A DNA stretch of 64,000 bases, from the NCBI GenBank assembly GCA_018814305.1, contig JAHJAA010000045.1:74346-138345 (forward strand). Reading direction: 5' to 3'. The notes beneath the pieces were generated by a model that was not told the origin of the DNA, ran no database searches, and worked only from the letters and a program-made list of their open reading frames with translations. Below, piece after piece: positions 17,854 through 28,824 of this stretch. This stretch comes from Pseudomonadota bacterium (GTDB lineage Bacteria; Desulfobacterota; Desulfobulbia; Desulfobulbales; JAGXFP01). Position numbers and translations under genes: made by a program. Numbering within the stretch: position 1 is the first letter of the stretch; each line of letters begins with the position of its first letter.

Positions 17854-19122
17854 ATGGACACATTGATAATACAAGGCGGCAAAACACTTTCCGGAACCAT
17901 CCCCATCAGTGGTGCCAAAAATGCAGCCCTGCCAGCTCTGGCGGCAACGATCCTGGCACCGGGCCGCCACATACTCCATAACGTTCCCGATCTCAGAGAT
18001 ACCAGAACCATGCTTCTGCTTCTGGAATCATTTGGTATCACCTGGCAACGCCGGGACGATGGTGCTCTGGTTATCGATGCCACTGAAATTGACAATATTG
18101 AGGCTTCCTATGATCTTGTCAAAACCATGCGGGCATCCGTCCTGGTCCTGGGTCCATTACTGGCCAGAATGAAACGGGCCAGGGTCTCTTTACCCGGCGG
18201 TTGTGCCATCGGCGCTCGTCCCATCGATTTTCACATGAAAGCCCTTGCCATGCTGGGTGTCGACCTCACCCTTGAACACGGTTATGTTGAAGGTAAGGTT
18301 TCCGGCCGATTATCTGGTAATACCGTCTATTTTGATATCCCTTCAGTCACTGCCACCGAAAACATTCTCATGGCCGCTACCCTGGCCAAGGGAACCACGG
18401 TGATTAAAAATGCTGCACGAGAACCGGAAATTGGCAATCTGATCGATATGCTCATTGGGATGGGCGCAACCATAGAAGGACGTGATTCAGACCAACTTAT
18501 TGTGAAGGGCACCGAGGAACTTTCTCCCGGTGAAATATCCATAATCCCGGACCGAATCGAGACCGGAACCTACCTTCTCGCCACCGGATCAGCCGGGGGG
18601 GCGATTACAGTGACCGACTGCCGCCCAGATCATTTACCAGCTCTTCTTGCAAAACTCCGGGGGGCGGGACTTGAAATTGAGACCGGCGAGGATTTTATCA
18701 GGATAGCCAGGACCAAGATCTTGAAAAGCGTGGACATCAAGACCTCACCCTACCCGGGTTTCCCCACAGACTTGCAAGCCCAGACCATGGCATTGATGTG
18801 TATAAGCCCGGGCCTCTCTGTCATCGCCGAGACTATCTTTGAGAATCGTTTTATGCATGTGGCGGAATTACGGAGGATGGGGGCCGACATCAGAATAGAT
18901 GGTCACAGCGCCATCGTGATGGGTGGCACCCCGTTATTCGGTGCACCAGTGATGGCCACCGACCTCCGGGCCAGCGCCTCCCTCGTGGTGGCCGCCCTGG
19001 CAGCCGAAGGTGAAACCGTCATTTCAAGGGTATATCATCTTGACCGTGGGTATGACAATCTGGTAGGCAAATTATCCAACGTGGGCGCCAAAATCAGGCG
19101 GATTTCGGAGAAAAGAGAATAA
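17854..19122 (+). CDS. murA: UDP-N-acetylglucosamine 1-carboxyvinyltransferase
   Basis: 422 aa. [10 protein letters not shown] and the active-site Cys context [13 protein letters not shown]. Confidence 0.97.
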   Translation: MDTLIIQGGKTLSGTIPISGAKNAALPALAATILAPGRHILHNVPDLRDTRTMLLLLESFGITWQRRDDGALVIDATEIDNIEASYDLVKTMRASVLVLGPLLARMKRARVSLPGGCAIGARPIDFHMKALAMLGVDLTLEHGYVEGKVSGRLSGNTVYFDIPSVTATENILMAATLAKGTTVIKNAAREPEIGNLIDMLIGMGATIEGRDSDQLIVKGTEELSPGEISIIPDRIETGTYLLATGSAGGAITVTDCRPDHLPALLAKLRGAGLEIETGEDFIRIARTKILKSVDIKTSPYPGFPTDLQAQTMALMCISPGLSVIAETIFENRFMHVAELRRMGADIRIDGHSAIVMGGTPLFGAPVMATDLRASASLVVAALAAEGETVISRVYHLDRGYDNLVGKLSNVGAKIRRISEKRE

Positions 19123-19140
19123 GAGACAAATCCATTTGAT

Positions 19141-20982
19141 TTAGCTCACCTCTCTTAGATACAGAGGGAGTTGAACCGCAACCTGAGTGCCGCTATTGAC
19201 CTTGCTGGTCACAACAATACTTCCCCCGTGCTCCTCAATTATCTTGCTGGCCATCGAAAGCCCGAGCCCCGTGCCGTCCTTCTTGGTCGTATAGTAGGGA
19301 TCGGTAATCCGGCCAAGATCCTCCTCTGCAATGCCAATCCCGGTATCTTCGACATCAATCTCCACCGCCCCCAGATCCTTTCTCTCGATGATCGCAACCT
19401 TCAAGACCCCTCCGGCTTGCATGGCCTGGATACTATTGAGATAGAGATTCAGCAACACCTGCTTCATCCGGTCTGGATCTAGCGAAATTTCACCGAGCTC
19501 ACTGTTAAATTGAAAACAAATCTCTATTCCCAAGAGTTCTGCATCCGCTCGAATCAGACGAAGGGACTGATCCACCAACGTATTGAGATTGACCGGTTTT
19601 ATTTCCAACGGTGTCGGTCTGGCATAATTAAGTAATTCACTGATTGATCGGTTCAAACGGGTGGCCTCGCTCACCAACAATCTTGCCGCTTCATACTCAG
19701 AACTCCCCTCGGGAAATTTTGATCCAAGAAGGGTGGCAAACCCTTTGATGGAACTGAGAGGATTCCTCACTTCATGGGCGACTCCGGCCGCCATCTTACC
19801 CAAGGCAATGAATCGATCATTGCGGCTGATTTTTCGTTCAAGTTTCTTCAACTCAGTCAGGTCATGAACCAACAATACCCGTCCAGCAAAGACCGCCTCT
19901 TCATCAAGAATCGGCGCAGAACTGATTAAGAGATCACGACTATTCCCCTCTTGATCAAGAAACCGAATCTGCCGATCCCGCATTTCTTCCTCAGGATTCA
20001 AGGCAAAGGCACTATGAAACGATGAAGGAAGACTGTCAACAGGTTGGGTATTCAAGACCCGTTCGGCAATAACCCCGGTCATTCCGGTCATTCCTTTATT
20101 CACGGTCTGGATTCTTCCCGTTGCATCGGTGGCAACGATGCCGTCCGGGAGTTTTGAAATCAGGAGATTGGTAAAGGCCTCAATTCGCTTCAGGGTGTTT
20201 TGCGAGACTCGATACCCTTGGGCAGTAAGTAATGACAACCAGCCGGCAAGCCCTACGAGAAGCAAGGCCAGGGAGATGAATAGAATGTTGATCCGGTGCT
20301 GGCGGATGAGTTTATGTAATTCCGTCATATCGAACCCCACCAGAATCTTCAACTGGTTTGATTTCAAATTGGGTTCGGGGAGTCCCGGAAGCGGATACCA
20401 TTCATCCTGGGGATTGCGAGCACGAGCTGGAGCATTTGCTCCCTGGTCCGGACGGGTCCCCCCGGGAAGACCTTGATGATTTCTTCGCATCCGGTGCATT
20501 GGACGAGGACCTGCTAGAAATGGTCTGAAGGCATTATACACTTCGAATATTTTGGTGCCTTGTTGGTCTGGGGAGATGATTTGATAGTTGCCATGGAGAT
20601 TCCGCTCTTGAAGAAAAGCATGATCGCCAGGCATAATGGCGTCGATTTTATCCGGATCATTATGGGCCTTGATAATTCCATCCGGGTCGATAATAGCAAT
20701 ATATGCAATTTCCGGGTCAGCGGCAGATTGTTCGATGACCTGTTGCACATGGACGGAGATCGAAGTGCCTGTTGCGAGAGAAGCGCGAGCAGTGGCCTCG
20801 ATGAAACGGATCAGGTCCAATCCCTTTTGAAGTTTAGCTTCGGTTAAAAGTAGGGTGCCGCGTCGAAGATTACTTGCCGCAAATATTGAAATAATTACGA
20901 GCAAGAGGCCCACGGCAGCCCCAAGCAACCAGGGGGAGACATAGGCCAATCGGGTTTGATTCAACATTTCCTGCTTTTTCAT
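19141..20982 (-). CDS. sensor histidine kinase (two TM helices, periplasmic domain, PAS, HisKA, HATPase_c); no cognate regulator adjacent
   Basis: Start moved to ATG 20982 (MKKQEMLNQ...). H-box AAGVAHEVRNPLSSIKG; G-boxes DTGIGI and GTGLGLS. Confidence 0.9.
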   Translation of the reverse strand: MKKQEMLNQTRLAYVSPWLLGAAVGLLLVIISIFAASNLRRGTLLLTEAKLQKGLDLIRFIEATARASLATGTSISVHVQQVIEQSAADPEIAYIAIIDPDGIIKAHNDPDKIDAIMPGDHAFLQERNLHGNYQIISPDQQGTKIFEVYNAFRPFLAGPRPMHRMRRNHQGLPGGTRPDQGANAPARARNPQDEWYPLPGLPEPNLKSNQLKILVGFDMTELHKLIRQHRINILFISLALLLVGLAGWLSLLTAQGYRVSQNTLKRIEAFTNLLISKLPDGIVATDATGRIQTVNKGMTGMTGVIAERVLNTQPVDSLPSSFHSAFALNPEEEMRDRQIRFLDQEGNSRDLLISSAPILDEEAVFAGRVLLVHDLTELKKLERKISRNDRFIALGKMAAGVAHEVRNPLSSIKGFATLLGSKFPEGSSEYEAARLLVSEATRLNRSISELLNYARPTPLEIKPVNLNTLVDQSLRLIRADAELLGIEICFQFNSELGEISLDPDRMKQVLLNLYLNSIQAMQAGGVLKVAIIERKDLGAVEIDVEDTGIGIAEEDLGRITDPYYTTKKDGTGLGLSMASKIIEEHGGSIVVTSKVNSGTQVAVQLPLYLREVS

Positions 20983-21348
20983 GTTCTCAATCGGAAACGG
21001 AGTGTGAGTTATGATACACGAATCCATCCTCCGCCAGGAGGGACTCCATATATCGTAGCAATAATTAAGCAATTTTTATGCCGCAAAATTGCTTCCCAAG
21101 GTTAGTCGATTCTAAGCAGGGCACCAGGCTATACGCCATTCACTGGCTGATGCTATGGGGAAAAAATATCCAACAGGGGAGAGATGGTGGTGATTTTTTA
21201 TCCACACCACCATGACTATTCAGGAGAAAGCCCTTATATAGAAGACCAATTGAAGAGTAAGGGCTTGAGGAAAAAAGATATTGAGTGAACGGGCTTTCCT
21301 AAATCTGAATTTTGATCATAGAAATTTAAAAACACATAAAAATAAAAA

Positions 21349-21711
21349 TCAGTGGGTCAAACCGGTGCCTCGACGATTTTCACGGGTGAAGATAGTACCG
21401 ATTTCAGAAAGCATATGGTCTCTGATCGCTTCCACTTTTTCCAGAGAAACATCGAGGATCAAGGCAAGATCATCCAGGCCATAACCTTCACCGAAATGGC
21501 GCTCCGCGATAATAATCTTTAAAAAATCCTCTGCGACCTCCATCTGGATCCCCAGATCACGATCAGCAACGGTTTTACATGCTTGATCGTATGTTTTTCC
21601 ACGTTCGACTTCTCCTCGAAGCCGTCGGATGGTCTGATCATAGAGGAGGTCTTCTTCCAGACCGGGAAGGGGAAAAAAATCGTCAGTTTGATTGTTTCTT
21701 GAGCCCATCAC
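21349..21711 (-). CDS. hypothetical protein with a possible C-terminal HTH-like segment
   Basis: 120-aa ORF with no motif I recognise. GLDDLALILDVSLEKVEAIRDHM resembles a helix-turn-helix. Confidence 0.4.
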   Translation of the reverse strand: MMGSRNNQTDDFFPLPGLEEDLLYDQTIRRLRGEVERGKTYDQACKTVADRDLGIQMEVAEDFLKIIIAERHFGEGYGLDDLALILDVSLEKVEAIRDHMLSEIGTIFTRENRRGTGLTH

Positions 21712-21829
21712 AAAATTTTATAACAAAAATTAATAATTACATCTCCAGTACGACCATTTGGAAATGTCCTAAAAACATCGTCAGACAACTATCTGAATGA
21801 AGCAAAACTAAGAGTACAAAAGTCGATTT

Positions 21830-21985
21830 CTACTTAGTTTCCATCCAGAAACGAGGATTTTGGGTCGAGAGCAAGACGCGAAGGCGACGAAAAAGCGGAG
21901 CGTACTTGAGTACGTGAGCATTTTTCGGCAACTGAGCAACGCAGCTATCGGGCAAAAAGACCGTTTCTGAATGGGAACTACTTAG
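21830..21985. repeat. 156-nt imperfect palindrome (long hairpin); MITE-like element or structured RNA
   Basis: The 24-nt ends CTACTTAGTTTCCATCCAGAAACG (21830-21853) and CGTTTCTGAATGGGAACTACTTAG (21962-21985) are inverted repeats (20/24). Inner pairings: TTTTG/CAAAA, CGAAAAA/TTTTTCG, CGTAC-TTGA-GTACG. The centre is largely unpaired. Confidence 0.6.
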
Positions 21986-22061
21986 CAATTCCACTAAGAT
22001 TTGTAAATCTTTTCTTATCCGAATTGATGCATATCATATCAATCTACTCATAATCAATATT

Positions 22062-23240
22062 TCAGCGTAATCCTGATCGCCGACAGCCCTGAAGAATCCT
22101 GCTGATAATGCCTTGATCATACTCCCTTAACCGCCAAAGTCTTGCCAAGTCCATGGCATTTGCGGCCAAATCATCTATTGCGGACGGAGCAATATCCAAA
22201 TCCTCTAAAAAAACAGGGCTCTTTACCTTTTTGAACCAGGACTTCAAGCTATGAATACCTTGGTTGGCCGCCAACCGATCATCACTTTCCAAAACCCCGA
22301 AAACCCGACGGGCAAATTGCGCAAATTTCAACGGATTCTGCTCATTCCGCCATGTCATCCAGGCCGGAATGACTACCGACAAACCAGCTCCGTGGGGTAC
22401 GTCAAAAAGGGCACTGAGAGAATGTTCAATCATATGCATGGGAAAACCGACCGGCCCGAGCCCAGCCCCGGTCAACCCATTTAAAGCCAAGGTAGCACAC
22501 CACATCAAATCAGCTCTGGCGTTGTAATCTTTTGGATCAACCAGAATCCGTTCACAGGCCTCCATGATATTCAGGACCAATCCCTCCATCAACCGATCTT
22601 GGACAGGAGTAGTAGGATCGCCGGTGGTGAAATAAAATTCCAAAATATGGGCGATGGCATCCACGGCGCCATAAACCGAATAATCTAACGGAACAGAAAA
22701 GGTTGCTTCAGGATCCAGGATAGAGACCTGAGGTTTCAGATGCTGATTTCCTGTCCCGAATTTCTGACGCAGGTCGTCATTGGTCAAAACCATCCCGCCA
22801 TTCATCTCGGAACCTGCAGCAGCCAGAGTCAAAACACAGGTCAGAGGGAGTTTCCCTGCAACTGACTTTTTGCCTTTAAAGAAAAGCCAGACATCATGGT
22901 TCACCAGAGCTCCGGCAGCAATGGCCTTGGCACTATCAATAACACTGCCGCCACCTACGGCTATAACAACTTCGATACGATGCTCTTTGGCTACCCTTAT
23001 TCCTTCTCTCACATGAGAGAGGACCGGGTTGGAACGAACACCAGGATATTCGATAACCTCAAGACCGGCTTCAGTCAATGAAGCCATGACCCGATCATAT
23101 ATTCCGTTTTCCCTGATACTCCCAGACCCGTAAACCAAAAGGGCTCTGGTGCCGAAAACGATGCTCTCAGATCCGATGGATGAAATGGTCTCTCTGCCAA
23201 ACAATATTTTTGTCGGTTGATGAAATACAAAATTCTGCAT
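22062..23240 (-). CDS. iron-containing (group III) alcohol dehydrogenase, YqhD/BdhA-like
   Basis: 392 aa. NFVFHQPTKILFG, VIAVGGGSVIDSAKAIA, and His-rich metal site (DAIAHILE, HMIEH). Confidence 0.88.
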   Translation of the reverse strand: MQNFVFHQPTKILFGRETISSIGSESIVFGTRALLVYGSGSIRENGIYDRVMASLTEAGLEVIEYPGVRSNPVLSHVREGIRVAKEHRIEVVIAVGGGSVIDSAKAIAAGALVNHDVWLFFKGKKSVAGKLPLTCVLTLAAAGSEMNGGMVLTNDDLRQKFGTGNQHLKPQVSILDPEATFSVPLDYSVYGAVDAIAHILEFYFTTGDPTTPVQDRLMEGLVLNIMEACERILVDPKDYNARADLMWCATLALNGLTGAGLGPVGFPMHMIEHSLSALFDVPHGAGLSVVIPAWMTWRNEQNPLKFAQFARRVFGVLESDDRLAANQGIHSLKSWFKKVKSPVFLEDLDIAPSAIDDLAANAMDLARLWRLREYDQGIISRILQGCRRSGLR

Positions 23241-23286
23241 CGGGATTCGCTCCTCCGAGACAAGGGCTTTAAAGCAAAGGTATACT

Positions 23287-24180
23287 TTATGGACAGCTCA
23301 TCTCAGATGAGCTGTCAGTTGTGGGGCTAACCTCCCGGGTTAAGGCAACAAAATCTTCCACAGTCAATTGTTCAGGCCTAATCTTGGGATCAATTCCGGC
23401 CCGAGCAAAAACAGCAGAAAGTTGCGCCCGACCTGTACCGTGAATTCCCGAAGCAGATATGCTGTTCAATAATGTCTTTCGTCTCTGTTGGAAAGAGGCC
23501 TTGACCAAACGCTTCAGCATATCAAAGTCATAAGAGGGCAAGGATTTCACCCGAGCCGGTACTGGAACAAAGGCAATATGGACCACCACCGAGTCCACCT
23601 TGGGTCTTGGGTGAAACTGTTCCGGCCCAACTTCCATCACCACACTGGTCACAGCACAACTGTTCAAAAGAACCGTCAACACTCCATACTCCTTGCTGGA
23701 TGGAGAAGCCGCCAACCGACAACCAACCTCCTTTTGCAACATCAAGGTGGCGGAATCGATAATATTACGATTCTCGATCAATTTAAAAAGAAGAGGATTG
23801 GAGATGGAATAGGGTAGGTTGGCCAAGATCTTCAACCGTCCCCCCGGTATCTGGCCAGCCAACTCCGTAAAATCAGCCTTGAGAAGATCTTCGTGACGCA
23901 AGAGGACATTTTGAGGCAAGACTTGCTCTTGCTCGTGCCACTGAACAATCCCGGCGTCTATCTCCAGGCCAATAACCTGCTTGACCTTTTCTGCCAGCGG
24001 CAGGGTCAGGGAACCAAAACCGACCCCCAATTCAATCACTATGTCGTCAAGGGATACCCCGGAACAACGGACAATCGCTTCCGATATCTTCGGATTGACC
24101 AGGAAATTCTGCCCTCGTTGGCGACTGGGGGCTAATTTATTTCCGTGAAGGATCTTTTTGAGTTCAGAATCAGTCGGCAT
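23287..24180 (-). CDS. rsmA: 16S rRNA (adenine1518/1519-N6)-dimethyltransferase
   Basis: KsgA family: RQRGQNFLVNP, ELGVGFGSLT, ANLPYSIS. Confidence 0.95.
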   Translation of the reverse strand: MPTDSELKKILHGNKLAPSRQRGQNFLVNPKISEAIVRCSGVSLDDIVIELGVGFGSLTLPLAEKVKQVIGLEIDAGIVQWHEQEQVLPQNVLLRHEDLLKADFTELAGQIPGGRLKILANLPYSISNPLLFKLIENRNIIDSATLMLQKEVGCRLAASPSSKEYGVLTVLLNSCAVTSVVMEVGPEQFHPRPKVDSVVVHIAFVPVPARVKSLPSYDFDMLKRLVKASFQQRRKTLLNSISASGIHGTGRAQLSAVFARAGIDPKIRPEQLTVEDFVALTREVSPTTDSSSEMSCP

Positions 24181-24688
24181 TATTGTCCCTGACTGTCTGC
24201 CGGGTAAGGCGTTGGGCCGCCACCGACTTAAATATTTTTAAGGAGAGCAGATAACTGCAGAGCGCAAAAGGGGCCGCCAGGATGGAACCACCCAGGAGCA
24301 GAACGATCAAAGCGGAAAATCCGAGATGGCCCAAGGCCATGATAATATCAAAGAAGGTGGCTCCAGAAGAGATCATGGCCATGATGGCCTCAATCCTCTC
24401 CCGAGACAAATGCCCCGGGAGCAGAAGGTTTCCGATGAACCAGGAAAAATAATATTGGGGAAAAAACGTCAGGGGATTACTGACCACGAAGGTCATCAAC
24501 AGGGCGGACACTTTACTGGTCCTGAAAAGCACCGACAAGAGAATAGTCAAGCCCGTATGCAGAGGAATGGTCGGCGTTATCCCGATAAAAGTTCCCAGGG
24601 CAACCCCTCTGGCCAGAGACTCGGGGTCTCCCTTAATGCGGAGCAGCTTGAGATAATAAAAGCGGACTGTCCTTCTCAAATCGATCAT
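24170..24688 (-). CDS. DUF2062 membrane protein
   Basis: LLRIKGDPESLARGVALGTFIGITPTIPLHTGLTILLSVLFR matches the DUF2062 core. Three to four TM helices. Confidence 0.75.
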   Translation of the reverse strand: MIDLRRTVRFYYLKLLRIKGDPESLARGVALGTFIGITPTIPLHTGLTILLSVLFRTSKVSALLMTFVVSNPLTFFPQYYFSWFIGNLLLPGHLSRERIEAIMAMISSGATFFDIIMALGHLGFSALIVLLLGGSILAAPFALCSYLLSLKIFKSVAAQRLTRQTVRDNNAD

Positions 24689-24707
24689 GGGGAGCTGGAA
24701 ATCATAT

Positions 24708-25721
24708 TTATGACCACGTTAATATCGGTGAACGGGAATAGACATCACTCTCCGGGGCAATCGCCGCTCTTGCCAAAAAATTATTGGCACCTGCGTAGGC
24801 AATCATAGCGGCGTTATCGGTGCAATACGAAAGTGGGGCCGGATGAACTGATATACCCTGCTGTGTTCCTTGTTCCTTCAATCGTAAACGCAATCTGGGG
24901 TTGGCCGCGACTCCTCCAGCCAAAACGATCTGATCGCATTGATTCATCCTGGCCGCCTCTAGAGATTTTTCACAGATCACATCAACAACCGCTTCCTGAA
25001 AAGAAGCGCAGACATCTGGAATATTCAATGATTCACCATGCTCCGTTGTCTTGTGAATGTGATTGGCAACTGCGGTTTTCAACCCACTAAAACTGAAATC
25101 AAGGCTTCCCGGACCCAAACGGGCCCTTGGAAATTGTATTTTTTCACAATCTCCATCAGAGGCCAATCGGCTAATCACCGGTCCGCCTGGGTAACCAAGA
25201 CCTAAGAGTTTGGCGACTTTATCAAACGCCTCACCAGCGGCGTCATCTCTCGTCCTCCCCACCAACTGAAATTGGGTATGACTGGTAACTTTGAAGAGAC
25301 TGGTATGACCGCCGGAGGCGACCATGGCGACAAAGGGAAATTCAGGGGGATCGTCCCCCAGAAAAACCGACAACAGGTGACCAGCCAGATGATCTACGCC
25401 AAGCATGGGGATTCGCCGGACCAGAGAGACGGCCTTGGCAAAGGAAAAGCCGACCAGAAGGCACCCAACCAGACCTGGTCCCTGGGTAACGACTATGCCG
25501 TCTACCTGATCCAAGGTTATGCCTGCCTGATCCAGGGTCTCCCTAACCACGGGTAAAATATTTCTCACATGCTGCCTGGAGGCGAGTTCCGGCACAACTC
25601 CCCCATAGCGGGCATGGACGTCGATCTGCGAGTTTATGACACTTGCAAGAACATTCCGGCCGTTGGCAAGGAGAGCCGCCGCCGTTTCGTCACAAGAACT
25701 TTCTATACCTAAGAGAATCAT
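24708..25721 (-). CDS. tsaD: tRNA N6-adenosine threonylcarbamoyltransferase
   Basis: Start moved to ATG 25721 (MILLGIESSCDETAAAL). Also HxxxH (VDHLAGHL) and GGVAAN. Confidence 0.95.
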   Translation of the reverse strand: MILLGIESSCDETAAALLANGRNVLASVINSQIDVHARYGGVVPELASRQHVRNILPVVRETLDQAGITLDQVDGIVVTQGPGLVGCLLVGFSFAKAVSLVRRIPMLGVDHLAGHLLSVFLGDDPPEFPFVAMVASGGHTSLFKVTSHTQFQLVGRTRDDAAGEAFDKVAKLLGLGYPGGPVISRLASDGDCEKIQFPRARLGPGSLDFSFSGLKTAVANHIHKTTEHGESLNIPDVCASFQEAVVDVICEKSLEAARMNQCDQIVLAGGVAANPRLRLRLKEQGTQQGISVHPAPLSYCTDNAAMIAYAGANNFLARAAIAPESDVYSRSPILTWS

Positions 25722-25894
25722 CTTGCTGGTTGTAGGTAATTTAATTAAATGATTAAGATACATCTTCTTCTGCGGGGTTCCAATTTCACCGGAAGAGGGC
25801 CCCTCTTAATTCGTTTTCAAGTTGAAACTACTTAATCGAATATCACCATTAAGGCGAATATTTTCATCGTCACCCAGTTGGTTGAAAATCAATA

Positions 25895-26893
25895 ATGAAC
25901 ACCAAGGATCACATACTTCAAGATTCATTTGCCCGTCAGATTACCTACCTCCGGGTGTCCTTGACCGACCATTGCAATTTCCGTTGCAGCTACTGTAAAC
26001 CTCGCGGAGTAGAAAATAAATTAGAGCGAAGCCAGCTGTTGAGCTATGAGGAACTGATCAGGATTATCACTATCGCGGTTGGAATCGGGATCAAGAAAAT
26101 CCGCTTGACTGGTGGGGAACCGCTCCTCCGAAGAAACATTCTTGAATTTATCCGACAGCTGGTGGCAATTCCAGGCCTTGAAGACATCAGAATAACGACC
26201 AATGGAAGTCTTCTGCCTGAAATGGCAGCGAATCTTTACGCCCTAGGCATCAGAAAGGTCAATATCAGCCTCGACACCCTCCGCCGAGATCGCTTCAAAG
26301 AGATAACCGGCGTGCAGGCCTTTGATCGCGTCTATGACGCCATTAACCAGGTAATTGCCCTTGGCTTTGACCCAATCAAAATCAATGTCGTGGCCATGCG
26401 TGGGGTCAATGACGATGAGCTGGTTGATTTCAGTGAACTCACCAGATCCCGAAAAATCCAGGTCAGATTTATCGAATTCATGCCGGTGGGGGCACAATCT
26501 TCATGGGATAAGAAATTCTACCTGCCAACGGAGGAGATTCGCCAAACCATTGAAAGAGGAGGGCAACTTGAAGCGATCCCTTCACAACAAATTGACGGGC
26601 CGGCCCGGGTCTATCGACTGCCGGGAGCAACCGGAACGATCGGCTTCATCAGTCCCCTCAGCGAACATTTCTGTGATCGCTGCAACCGGCTGAGACTGAC
26701 CTCAGAGGGGAAATTGAGGTCATGCCTGCTGACGGACCAGGAAACCGATTTAAGATCCTTATTGCGGGCAGGATGCAAAGACGAAAAAATCATTGAATTG
26801 TTGATCAAAACCATCCATGACAAGCCCAAAGGCCATCTTCTCGGACGTGACGGCGGGAGCTGCCATGGCCAAATGTCGAGAATCGGGGGGTAA
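25895..26893 (+). CDS. moaA: GTP 3',8-cyclase (molybdenum cofactor biosynthesis protein A)
   Basis: Radical-SAM CNFRCSYC, a C-terminal second cluster (CDRCNRLRLTSEGKLRSC), and a GG tail. Confidence 0.95.
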   Translation: MNTKDHILQDSFARQITYLRVSLTDHCNFRCSYCKPRGVENKLERSQLLSYEELIRIITIAVGIGIKKIRLTGGEPLLRRNILEFIRQLVAIPGLEDIRITTNGSLLPEMAANLYALGIRKVNISLDTLRRDRFKEITGVQAFDRVYDAINQVIALGFDPIKINVVAMRGVNDDELVDFSELTRSRKIQVRFIEFMPVGAQSSWDKKFYLPTEEIRQTIERGGQLEAIPSQQIDGPARVYRLPGATGTIGFISPLSEHFCDRCNRLRLTSEGKLRSCLLTDQETDLRSLLRAGCKDEKIIELLIKTIHDKPKGHLLGRDGGSCHGQMSRIGG

Positions 26894-26907
26894 AGGAAGA
26901 ATTCTGC

Positions 26908-27978
26908 TCAGGTAGACGCCCGGGGAAAAGACCCTAGAAATTTATATGAGGAGCATACAGTTTTCAACTGATCACATCCCTGCTGGATGCGCTCATCATC
27001 GGCATGCCCTTCAAGATCAAGGAAAAAAAGGTATTTCCCGGGCTCTCCTTTAACTGGCCGCGATTCGATCTTGGTGAGATTGATCTCCCGAGAGGCAAGA
27101 ATACTTAACGATTCATTTAAAGCCCCTGGCCGATCAAGGAGCCCAACCAGAAGAGACGTCTTATCAACCCCACTGGCCCGTGGTGACTCAAGACCGATCA
27201 AAACAAAACGGGTTGAGTTGCCACGATAGTCCTCAACTCCTTTAACCACGGCCTGCAAGCGATATGTTTTTATCGCCAACGTACTGGCAATGGCTGCAAT
27301 CGATGAATCTTCCGCAGCCATCTTGGAGGCCAAAGCCGTGGAAAAAACGCTTTCAGTTGGAATGTTCGGCAGGTTCTTCTTCAGCCATTGACGACACTGG
27401 GCCAAGGGTTGGGAATGGGATACAACCTTTTTGATATCTTCTAGATTTCCAGATAGGTTCACCAGATTATGACGAATATTCAAATTCAGCTCACCGCAGA
27501 TCTTCACATTGTATTTCATAAATGAATCAAGGGCCGAGGTAACTGAACCTTCGATTGAGTTCTCAATGGGGACAATACCGTACTGAATCCGTTGTCGTTC
27601 AACCTCGACAAAAATATCTTCAATGGTCTCAACTGGGCGGTAGGTGGCATTGTGTCCAAAATACTCAACCCCAGCCAGATGAGAAAATGTTGCCTCAGGC
27701 CCAAGATAGGCTACATTGACCTTTTTTTGAGATAACCGACAGGTTGTGATGATCTCATGAAAGATCGCATCGAGCGATGACTCTGGAAAAGTGCCGGAGT
27801 TTTCACCATGTAACCTTTCAAATATTTGCCGTTCCCGGAGAGGATCCCATTTGGCGCGATTACTCTTAGACTTTATGCGACCAATTTCCAGAGCGCATTC
27901 CAGCCGTTCCTTTAGCAAGGATAGCATGGTGGAATCGATTTCGTCGATCCTGGTCCGAATCTTCTTTAATAAATCCAT
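26908..27978 (-). CDS. pheA: bifunctional chorismate mutase / prephenate dehydratase
   Basis: N-terminal chorismate mutase (RIDEIDSTMLSLLKERLE), PDT domain (VAYLGPEATFSH), TRF motif (NSTRFVLIG), and C-terminal ACT (ESRP). Confidence 0.93.
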   Translation of the reverse strand: MDLLKKIRTRIDEIDSTMLSLLKERLECALEIGRIKSKSNRAKWDPLRERQIFERLHGENSGTFPESSLDAIFHEIITTCRLSQKKVNVAYLGPEATFSHLAGVEYFGHNATYRPVETIEDIFVEVERQRIQYGIVPIENSIEGSVTSALDSFMKYNVKICGELNLNIRHNLVNLSGNLEDIKKVVSHSQPLAQCRQWLKKNLPNIPTESVFSTALASKMAAEDSSIAAIASTLAIKTYRLQAVVKGVEDYRGNSTRFVLIGLESPRASGVDKTSLLVGLLDRPGALNESLSILASREINLTKIESRPVKGEPGKYLFFLDLEGHADDERIQQGCDQLKTVCSSYKFLGSFPRAST

Positions 27979-28197
27979 TTTTAATTATATCCAGCTCTGA
28001 TTCTGAGGGAGGAGAAGCACGGTGATCTATTAATGATTCAAAGCATCCATAACCCAATATTTTAAAGGTGCGCATCATAATTCGAAAGTGTTCATTGAAC
28101 AAGTTCATTATTGCATTCTAGCATGATTTGTTCTACGGTTTGATTTTGGATACATGAGAGATTTCCCCAATAACACTCATACAAAAAGGCATGTTTT

Positions 28198-28797
28198 ATG
28201 AAGGTAAAAAACTGGATGAAAACAAATCCGGTCGTCATAGAACGAACGGCACTGTTGCAGGAAGCCGCCGAATTAATGCGTGATCACGCGATCAGACATC
28301 TTCCTGTGGTGGATGATGGAAAACTGGTCGGTTTTATCACCCAGACCGACCTGAAACAATATTTTTTCCCTTCAATGGTTGAAGATATTCCAGTCCATGA
28401 AGTTATGGCCACTAATCCGATTACGGTTGATGCCAACTCAAGCATCGAACAAGCAGCCAAACTTATCCATGATTACAAAATCGGCGGATTACCTGTTTTA
28501 GACAAAAACACTCTGGTGGGAGTAGTTACGGCCTCCGACCTTGTCTCTGGTTTCATCGAAGTTCTTGGCCTTCTTCGTTCGTCGATCCGACTTGACATCA
28601 TAATTGACAAAGACGGCGGAGTTGACGAAGTCACGAAAATCATTAAGGATTGCGGACTCGAAATTATGAGCGTAGCCAGGGAGAGTAACGATTCACCCGG
28701 TAAAATCCATTATTTTCGACTTGGGCAGGGAAATATTGACCCTTTGATCAAAAACTTGGAACAGGCCGGTTACAAGGTCGTCTCGGTAATGGAATAA
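28198..28797 (+). CDS. CBS-pair plus ACT-like domain protein (AcuB-like)
   Basis: Two CBS motifs (HLPVVDDGKLVGFITQTDL; GGLPVLDKNTLVGVVTASDL), followed by a small alpha/beta C-terminal domain. Confidence 0.8.
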   Translation: MKVKNWMKTNPVVIERTALLQEAAELMRDHAIRHLPVVDDGKLVGFITQTDLKQYFFPSMVEDIPVHEVMATNPITVDANSSIEQAAKLIHDYKIGGLPVLDKNTLVGVVTASDLVSGFIEVLGLLRSSIRLDIIIDKDGGVDEVTKIIKDCGLEIMSVARESNDSPGKIHYFRLGQGNIDPLIKNLEQAGYKVVSVME

Positions 28798-28824
28798 TTA
28801 TTAACTTCAGCAGTGGATTCCGCC

